This document shows, piece by piece, positions 16,651 to 22,062 of a stretch of 32,000 nucleotides of DNA. The notes beneath the pieces are model-generated. The model saw only the letters and a program-made list of their open reading frames with translations, made no database searches and was not told the DNA's origin. Position 1 is the first letter of the stretch; every line of letters starts with the position of its first letter. The DNA is from Trichlorobacter lovleyi SZ. Lineage in GTDB: Bacteria; Desulfobacterota; Desulfuromonadia; Geobacterales; Pseudopelobacteraceae. Location: contig NC_010814.1 in NCBI RefSeq assembly GCF_000020385.1, positions 2,190,001-2,222,000 of the forward strand, read 5' to 3'. The position numbers were made by a program, and so were the translations under genes.

Positions 16651-16749
16651 TAAACAACAACGCCCCTTCTCCAGTTTGACGTTATCACACTTCTATGATA
16701 CGCTCTCCACTTAATAGTATGGCATCTGAGCAATCTGAGGAGGTACACC

Positions 16750-16956
16750 ATGCCCCAAGCCATAACCGCCGTCTATGAAAACGGAGTTTTTATTCCTCAA
16801 ACTCCTGTCAATTTACCCCAACATACAGCCGTCATCATCTCTCTTCCTGCTGTCTCTCATTCAAAGTCCGGCAAACGTTTCTCAGCTTTGTTGCAAGAAC
16901 CGCTCATAGCTGAGCATATTGTAATACCTCCACGAGACGAGCTTCATGAACGTTAA
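16750..16956 (+). CDS. DUF104/AF2212-like antitoxin (VapB-type partner)
   Basis: N-terminus AITAVYENGVFIP...LP...V is characteristic of the family. GAGGAGG RBS. Overlaps the PIN gene by 11 nt. Confidence 0.7.
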   Translation: MPQAITAVYENGVFIPQTPVNLPQHTAVIISLPAVSHSKSGKRFSALLQEPLIAEHIVIPPRDELHER

Positions 16957-17356
16957 GGCATTCATTGACACCAACATTTTTGTGTACGCAGCAATCCAGG
17001 CAGCAGATTCACTTGCAAAACGGGAGTCTGCCGTTGCTCTTTTAAACAGCCCCACCCGGTATGTAGTCAGCACACAGGTACTTAACGAATTTGCCGCCGT
17101 TCTGTTAAAGAAAAAATTTAGCGACAAACTTATCAGAACCAGAGTTGAATCCATTGCAAACGAATGCAGCATCGCTGTTGTTGATATGAAGACCATCCGG
17201 CTGGGTTGGGATCTGCGCCAGCGTTACAACCTCTCCTTATGGGATAGCCTGATAGCTGCTTCAGCCCTGATCGCAAAGTGTACTATTCTCTACACTGAAG
17301 ACATGCAAAACGGACTGCTTATTGATAACAGTCTCCACGTTGTGAACCCGTTTTAG
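16946..17356 (+). CDS. vapC: PIN-domain toxin
   Basis: FIDTNIFVYA N-terminal acidic motif, about 136 aa, with later conserved D/E positions (WDSLI, TED). Confidence 0.85.
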   Translation: MNVKAFIDTNIFVYAAIQAADSLAKRESAVALLNSPTRYVVSTQVLNEFAAVLLKKKFSDKLIRTRVESIANECSIAVVDMKTIRLGWDLRQRYNLSLWDSLIAASALIAKCTILYTEDMQNGLLIDNSLHVVNPF

Positions 17357-17431
17357 CTGCATAGCGCCATCAAACACCACTGCATCACCCGCTGAATTTC
17401 CTTCCCAGACCATAAAGCCTGCAATACATAC

Positions 17432-17467
17432 AAAAAAAACCGGGAAGACCATAACAGCCTCCCCGGT
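17432..17467 (-). terminator. Candidate rho-independent terminator closing the DGR operon
   Basis: Minus strand reads ACCGGG...CCCGGT (with extra inner pairs) followed by T8. Confidence 0.45.
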
Positions 17468-17490
17468 GGGTACTTCAACCAATCACCAAA

Positions 17491-17507
17491 CCCGGCTTTT
17501 GGCCGGG
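17491..17507 (-). other. GC hairpin CCCGGC-5 nt-GCCGGG, 4 nt downstream of VR1/IMH
   Basis: 6-bp all-G/C stem with a 5-nt loop. It is flanked on both sides by the octamer CCAATCAC (17479-17486 and 17508-17515). Confidence 0.5.
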
Positions 17508-17511
17508 CCAA

Positions 17512-18012
17512 TCACTGACCGGCACGCACTAACCGCACATAGACGGAATAGCCACGGTTGCTGTAGTCAACGAGCCCATGGTCGAAACTGACGTACCAGG
17601 CGCCGTAACTATTGCCTGCATAGGGAGAAGCAGACCAGGTGTAGCCTGCCGGTGTGGCTGGAAAGGCGGTGGTATCAATGGCCGGGTTGCTGCGGGTTCT
17701 ATCCACAATGCTGCCCAGTTCTTTAATGTTGGGCAGCTTCCAGCCGGTCTGGGTCTTGGCATAGGCCAGGGCTGCCTGATGGGTATAGGTGGCGGCAGTA
17801 CCTGTGCAGGTGGTTCCGCTCCAGCTCATACCAGCCACACAGCGCTGCCAGGTAAGCCCGGTTGTGCTGTCAATCACCTGGCTGCCATCGGTAGAGTAAC
17901 TATAACGATCTGCCCATGCCGATGCGCTCATCAGCAACAGCCCCAGCAAGAACAGGGCAGCCAACAGTGCTGGTTTCGTTGTCATCATCTGTCTGTTTGT
18001 ACGTGCTTTCAT
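17512..18012 (-). CDS. DGR target protein 1: secreted DUF1566 (C-type-lectin-fold) protein with C-terminal variable region
   Basis: Signal peptide, then GLTWQR...WKLPNIKEL...YWSASP...YVRLVRAGQ. The last ~40 codons are VR1. AAAGGAGA RBS. Confidence 0.9.
   Translation of the reverse strand: MKARTNRQMMTTKPALLAALFLLGLLLMSASAWADRYSYSTDGSQVIDSTTGLTWQRCVAGMSWSGTTCTGTAATYTHQAALAYAKTQTGWKLPNIKELGSIVDRTRSNPAIDTTAFPATPAGYTWSASPYAGNSYGAWYVSFDHGLVDYSNRGYSVYVRLVRAGQ
17516..17637 (-). repeat. DGR variable repeat VR1 (122 bp)
   Basis: Aligns without gaps to TR 19272-19393. There are 19 mismatches. 18 are at TR adenines (coding strand) and 1 is a synonymous GGC/GGG change. Confidence 0.92.
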
Positions 18013-18026
18013 CTTCTGTTTCTCCT

Positions 18027-19271
18027 TTAGGTGTAAACTATCTTCATTGCGTTACGGCGGCGTGCAAGCTTGTGACGCGCCGGTTGTTTTACAACAAGGC
18101 CAGCATCAGCATGTAACTGAAAAAAATTGTGCAGCCAGTTAAATCGCTTAAACAGTGCATGGCGAAGACGCACACTATTGGCATGGCAGAAATGCCCCCA
18201 ATAGCTGCCCAGCAGCGCTTGCAATTTGCTGAAAGACTCTGTGCTGACCATCTGGGCAGCTTGGCCATACTGTTGCCACCAACCTGAAAGCTTCTTGCAG
18301 CAGTGCTTTACTACCCTGGGGCGCACAAGGCGATGGCCGCAGTAGACCCGATACCCCAGAAAATCCACCCCATGATGTAACGGCGCCAGCACCACGGCAT
18401 CTTTCAGGCGCAGCTGCAGTCTGGTTTCAAGAAAAGCAGCTATCTCTGCCTGCCATGTACGCAACTGCTCTTTACTGTCTGCCAACAGCACAAAATCATC
18501 CACATAGCGCAGATAATTCCGCACCTTTAGTTGATGCTTGATGAATTGATCCAGCTCATTCAGATAGACATTGGCAAAAAACTGGCTGGTAAGATTACCC
18601 ACCGGCAAACCGCACTGGGGTCGGGCGTTACGAAGCCGTTTGTGGGGCGGCACAGAAGATGGCGCAGCCCCAGGCCGTTCAATTTCTCGGCTTTTACGGG
18701 CAAGTAACTTATGACACAGGCTGCGTAACGCCAGTCTCTGGCTATCTGCCAGCTTTCCTTTCTGCAAGGCCAGATCAAGACGGCGGCACAGCAGGGCATA
18801 TAAGGTAGGGCGATGGATGCTGTTAAAATAGTTATGGATATCCAGTTGCAGATACCAGCCCTGTCCGTTTCTGCGGCGGATCATCTGCTGCAGACGATCA
18901 ACCGCTGCGTGGCTACCCTTAGCAGTGCGGTTAGCATAGCTATCGTATACAAATACCGGTTCATACAGGCGCTGAAGCCGATCCACCAGCAGGTGGTGGA
19001 CAATCCGGTCGGCAAACGCCGGCGCATGTATCTCACGGGTCTTGGGGTGAGTTACGGTAAAACAAACAGTGGGGGCTGGCTGCCAGCAGCCAGCACGCAG
19101 GCTGCTGTACAACTGGTGCAGGTTATCCAGCCAACGTGCCTCAAACAAAAGTTGATTGGCGCTGGGCTTTTTGCCGCGCCTGGCCTGTAGCCAGGCAGCA
19201 TGGCAGGCAGAAAACCGGACAGACACCGGCAGATTGGGAGAATAGACTGCTTTCACCGTGCTTAGCTCCAT
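18027..19271 (-). CDS. DGR reverse transcriptase
   Basis: RT motifs include YVDD (RYVDDFVLL) and the DGR-typical LPVGNLTSQ ([ILV]GxxxSQ). No maturase or endonuclease domain. Flanked by TR and a VR-bearing gene. Confidence 0.93.
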   Translation of the reverse strand: MELSTVKAVYSPNLPVSVRFSACHAAWLQARRGKKPSANQLLFEARWLDNLHQLYSSLRAGCWQPAPTVCFTVTHPKTREIHAPAFADRIVHHLLVDRLQRLYEPVFVYDSYANRTAKGSHAAVDRLQQMIRRRNGQGWYLQLDIHNYFNSIHRPTLYALLCRRLDLALQKGKLADSQRLALRSLCHKLLARKSREIERPGAAPSSVPPHKRLRNARPQCGLPVGNLTSQFFANVYLNELDQFIKHQLKVRNYLRYVDDFVLLADSKEQLRTWQAEIAAFLETRLQLRLKDAVVLAPLHHGVDFLGYRVYCGHRLVRPRVVKHCCKKLSGWWQQYGQAAQMVSTESFSKLQALLGSYWGHFCHANSVRLRHALFKRFNWLHNFFQLHADAGLVVKQPARHKLARRRNAMKIVYT

Positions 19272-19393
19272 TGACCGGCACGCACTAACCGCACATAGTT
19301 GGTATTGTTACGGTTGTTGTTGTTAACGTTGCCATTGTTGAAATTGACGTTCCAGGCGTTGTTACTATTGCCTGCATAGGGAGAAGCAGACCA
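19272..19393 (-). repeat. DGR template repeat (TR), 122 nt, 15 AAY codons in the virtual frame
   Basis: The virtual translation is ...AGNSNNAWNVNFNNGNVNNNNRNNTNYVRLVRAGQ. It is the invariant adenine-rich copy of VR1 and VR2. It lies between the avd-like gene and the RT. Confidence 0.92.
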
Positions 19394-19452
19394 CAACGCC
19401 AACCCGCCCACTTGCGACGCAGCAGCACAGCTTAAAAGGTAGCGCTGCCTTA

Positions 19453-19998
19453 TCATGGTGTAGCCTCGTTTGAGGCGGAACGGGTACTCAGTGAAGCGGG
19501 ACGATCCTGCGCCCTGCCAGTGGCAGGCGCAGACTGTTGCCCGGTGAAGGCCGCTATTGCACGGCCATCGCACGATTCTGGTGATACATCCGATCTGGCG
19601 CTGCACGGTTTATTTTGTGCAGAGCGCCACCAGCCACCACACTGTTTGCCTACTGCTGCGGCAAGATGCGCCGCAGTTTCAAAATGAGAGAACGGTACCC
19701 CGGCTGTCGGCTGTTTCCGTTTAGCCGGGCTTGCCTGATTGAAAACCCCCAGCTCCATGCCAAGCTGCAGACTGAGCTTATAGTCATCCACCAGCCAGAT
19801 CAGGCTGTTCAGGTGCTCTTTCTGCTGGGCCTTGTCAAACACCAGCCTATGCACGGTACGCATGATTGCCATGGCCTGTTGCCTCAGATCCGTTCCCAAG
19901 GTGTACTTATGGTAACGGCTGAAGCAACGCACCATCTCTTCAGTATGCACCAGCAGCCTGCGGCAATCACGGTATATGGGTGGTAATGATGTATGCAT
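19453..19998 (-). CDS. avd: Avd-like accessory variability determinant (four-helix-bundle family) with an unusually long C-terminal tail
   Basis: Sits between target and TR. Helical, basic sequence (YRDCRRLLVHTEEMV...YHKYTLGTDLRQQAM...LIWLVDDYK...VGKQCGGWWRS) resembles Bordetella bAvd in layout. ATG 19998 is preferred over TTG 20019. Confidence 0.7.
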   Translation of the reverse strand: MHTSLPPIYRDCRRLLVHTEEMVRCFSRYHKYTLGTDLRQQAMAIMRTVHRLVFDKAQQKEHLNSLIWLVDDYKLSLQLGMELGVFNQASPAKRKQPTAGVPFSHFETAAHLAAAVGKQCGGWWRSAQNKPCSARSDVSPESCDGRAIAAFTGQQSAPATGRAQDRPASLSTRSASNEATP

Positions 19999-20019
19999 GG
20001 CAGATGGCCAAGTATCCAA

Positions 20020-20973
20020 TCACTGACCGGCACGCACTAACCGCACATAGACGGCATTGCCACGGCCGCCGCCGTTAACGCCGCCAAAGCTGAAATGGAC
20101 GACCCAGGCGTAGTCACTATAGCCTGCATAGGGAGAAGCAGACCAGTAGGCGCTGCCCACGGTGTTTGGAAACCAGGTGCTATTAATGGTTGGGGCGGGG
20201 TAAGCAATGCTGTAGTCCACAATCATCTGCAGTTCATCAGCCGTGGGCAGGCGCCAGTCTGTATACCCGCAGAGGCTGGTTGCATTCACTGCTGTTACAT
20301 AGGCAGAGGCATCACCGGCTCTGCTGTCACCGTAGTTGGTATAGGTGTTGTCTTTATCCCGCAGGCCGCCATCATCGGTCTTGCCTTCCCAGATCAGGCC
20401 AGTTTTGTTGTCCTGTACGCAGGAAGTAAGCGGGTAAGCCCCCACAGCGCTGTAGCTCATACCGCTTGTACCGGGGGTAATCATACCGTCCTGCTGGTCA
20501 TTCAAGGCAATGGCACCGGCACTGCTGCAGCTTATCAGCGTATCGCTTCCGGCCTGATAACATTGCTGATCAGTTATGCCGGTGTCAGGCAGACTGGCGA
20601 CAAATGCTGCTGCCACAGTTATTGTCTGGCTGGCATCGATCACCGTACCACCACTGGCAGTCAGCACGGTTATGGTCTTTGTCCCGGCGCTACCACCAGG
20701 TGTGCAGCTTTGCGTTATGGTAGTGGCACTATTTACTGTTGGGCTGTCGCAGGTGCCGTCTTGCAAGGTAAAGACCGCGGTTAACGGCAGGTTGGCACCG
20801 GTTACAGTAATACTTACGGCCGTGCCGATGGTTGCGGTGCTGGCAGGGGTTACGGCACTGACCGTGGAGGTTGTGGTGGTCGTGGTTGCACTGCTACTGC
20901 CGCCGCATGCGGCCAGCAGCAGGGTTGCTGCCACGCATAGGCCATGTACAAAATACTGTTGTTTTTTCTTCAT
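20020..20973 (-). CDS. DGR target protein 2: lipoprotein with Thr/Ser linker, Ig-like segment and C-terminal DUF1566 (CLec-fold) domain ending in VR2
   Basis: Lipobox LLLAAC. GLIWEGK...WRLPTADEL...YWSASP...YVRLVRAGQ. GGAGG RBS. Confidence 0.9.
   Translation of the reverse strand: MKKKQQYFVHGLCVAATLLLAACGGSSSATTTTTTSTVSAVTPASTATIGTAVSITVTGANLPLTAVFTLQDGTCDSPTVNSATTITQSCTPGGSAGTKTITVLTASGGTVIDASQTITVAAAFVASLPDTGITDQQCYQAGSDTLISCSSAGAIALNDQQDGMITPGTSGMSYSAVGAYPLTSCVQDNKTGLIWEGKTDDGGLRDKDNTYTNYGDSRAGDASAYVTAVNATSLCGYTDWRLPTADELQMIVDYSIAYPAPTINSTWFPNTVGSAYWSASPYAGYSDYAWVVHFSFGGVNGGGRGNAVYVRLVRAGQ
20024..20145 (-). repeat. DGR variable repeat VR2 (122 bp)
   Basis: Aligns without gaps to the TR. 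There are 22 mismatches, all at TR adenines. Confidence 0.92.
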
Positions 20974-21003
20974 CTTGTTACCTCCTTTGGGGTTTAATTA
21001 CGC

Positions 21004-21035
21004 AAAAAAACCGCCCCCCAATAGCCGGGAAGCGG
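21004..21035 (-). terminator. Intrinsic-terminator-like hairpin in the leader, about 30 nt upstream of the DGR target-2 start
   Basis: Minus strand reads CCGCUUCCC-ggcuauu-GGGGGGCGG (9 bp, 2 G-U pairs) followed by U7. Confidence 0.5.
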
Positions 21036-21078
21036 TTGTGTGCACTACGTTATGTAAAAAACAGGGGATTACGCCATT

Positions 21079-21143
21079 TGTGCTGTGCTGTGCTGTGCTG
21101 TGCTGTGCTGTGCTGTGCTGTGCTGTGCTGTGCTGTGCTGTGC
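21079..21143. repeat. Pentanucleotide microsatellite (TGCTG)12 plus partial units
   Basis: Twelve perfect tandem TGCTG units at 21081-21140, with partial units on both flanks. Intergenic, 105-170 bp upstream of DGR target 2. Confidence 0.97.
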
Positions 21144-21187
21144 ATCGGGCAGGCTCGTTTGGCAGGAGTGGCTTTCTAGGTCAATAA

Positions 21188-21227
21188 TTTGTATACACTA
21201 ACAAAAGTCGTGTCAAGAGATTTGACA
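21188..21227 (-). promoter_or_regulatory. Candidate sigma-70 promoter (TTGACA-17 nt-TACAAA, minus strand) with palindrome TGTCAA-N5-TTGACA over the -35
   Basis: -35 is the complement of 21211-21216 and -10 is the complement of 21188-21193. Direct repeats CTTACAAA x2 lie just upstream (21234-21252). Confidence 0.3.
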
Positions 21228-21302
21228 GCGTTTTCTTACAAACTCTTACAAAAGTGCGATGTTACCTACAAAGAAAAAACAAAACGGACCACAGTAACAA
21301 CA

Positions 21303-21333
21303 ACGCCCCTGCGAGATTGACTCACAGGGGCGT
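21303..21333 (-). terminator. Stem-loop terminator after the DUF1858 gene
   Basis: ACGCCCCTG...CAGGGGCGT 9-bp stem with T/U-rich flanks on both strands. Confidence 0.5.
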
Positions 21334-21360
21334 TTTCAGTTTTCTTCTGGTTGAGAAAAG

Positions 21361-21570
21361 CTATTTTACCGCAGCATTCAGGTCAGCCAACAGCTGCTCC
21401 GGGTCAAGACCGTGGTTGATGGCCCCCAGGTCAATCGGCTCACTCTGGGCTCCCATACAGCCGGCACAGGCCAGGTTGTACTTCTTCAGAACCTTGGCTG
21501 TTTCAGGATAGGTCCGCAACATCTCAAGAAACGTCATATCTTTGGTGATTTTAGCTGTTGCCTGTGCCAT
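21361..21570 (-). CDS. DUF1858 / hybrid-cluster-protein-associated redox disulfide protein
   Basis: 69 aa. TFLEMLRTYPETAKVLKKYNLACAGCMG...L motif typical of the family. Confidence 0.8.
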   Translation of the reverse strand: MAQATAKITKDMTFLEMLRTYPETAKVLKKYNLACAGCMGAQSEPIDLGAINHGLDPEQLLADLNAAVK

Positions 21571-21582
21571 ACCCTACCCCCC

Positions 21583-22059
21583 CTACTCGTATTTTATCTC
21601 AATGATTTCATATTCTTTAGTGCCAGCCGGCACCTTCACCTTGACTGAATCATCCAGCTTGTGTCCAATCAGCGCCTTGCCGACCGGTGAGGTGCAGGAG
21701 ATCTTGCCCAACTTGATGTCAGCCTCGTCTTCACCAACGATCTTGTAGGTGATCTCTTCTTCTGAGGCCGTATCATACAGGGTAACCGTGGCTCCAAAGA
21801 CCACCTTATCCGGCTTGAGTCCGGTCAGGTCAACCACATGGGCACGTGCCAGCTTGCCCTGCAGCTCCTGAATCCTGCCCTCAATAAACCCCTGACGGTT
21901 TTTGGCAGCATCGTATTCAGCATTCTCAGAAAGGTCACCATGACTACGTGCCTCAGCAATATCCTGAATCACCTTGGGACGTTCTTCACGAATCAAACGC
22001 TTCAGCTCTTCCTGAAGTGCCTCATAGCTCTCTTTGGTAAGTGGTATGTTGTTTGACAT
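21583..22059 (-). CDS. greA: Transcription elongation factor GreA
   Basis: 158 aa. LT..SYE.L..EL..L...ERP......A.A...GDLSENAEYDAAK is canonical GreA. Confidence 0.95.
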   Translation of the reverse strand: MSNNIPLTKESYEALQEELKRLIREERPKVIQDIAEARSHGDLSENAEYDAAKNRQGFIEGRIQELQGKLARAHVVDLTGLKPDKVVFGATVTLYDTASEEEITYKIVGEDEADIKLGKISCTSPVGKALIGHKLDDSVKVKVPAGTKEYEIIEIKYE

Positions 22060-22062
22060 CGG

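Noticed and set aside
16680-16749. Possible sigma-70 promoter TTGACG...TATGAT upstream of the antitoxin gene.
   Set aside because: The spacer between the hexamers is only about 12 nt, so it is not a convincing promoter as read. I left it uncalled.
18027-19271. RT as a retron or group II intron reverse transcriptase.
   Set aside because: There is no maturase/X or endonuclease domain and I saw no msr/msd-like inverted repeats. The presence of the [ILV]GxxxSQ motif, an Avd-like gene and TR/VR repeats fits a DGR.
19262-19606. 114-aa minus-strand ORF ending ...NSNNAWNVNFNNGNVNNNNRNNTNYVRLVRAGQWS, which looks like a third DUF1566 gene fragment.
   Set aside because: It has no DUF1566 body upstream of the repeat and its N-terminal part is arbitrary sequence. 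The Asn-rich part is exactly the adenine-rich template repeat of the DGR. I call it TR RNA, not a protein gene or pseudogene.
21079-21143. The repeat array as a CRISPR or as coding sequence (track ORFs translate it as LCCAV repeats).
   Set aside because: The 5-nt unit has no spacers, so it is not a CRISPR. The ORFs spanning it (20576-21187 and 20871-21179) are antisense or read-through artefacts with no RBS and low-complexity translation.
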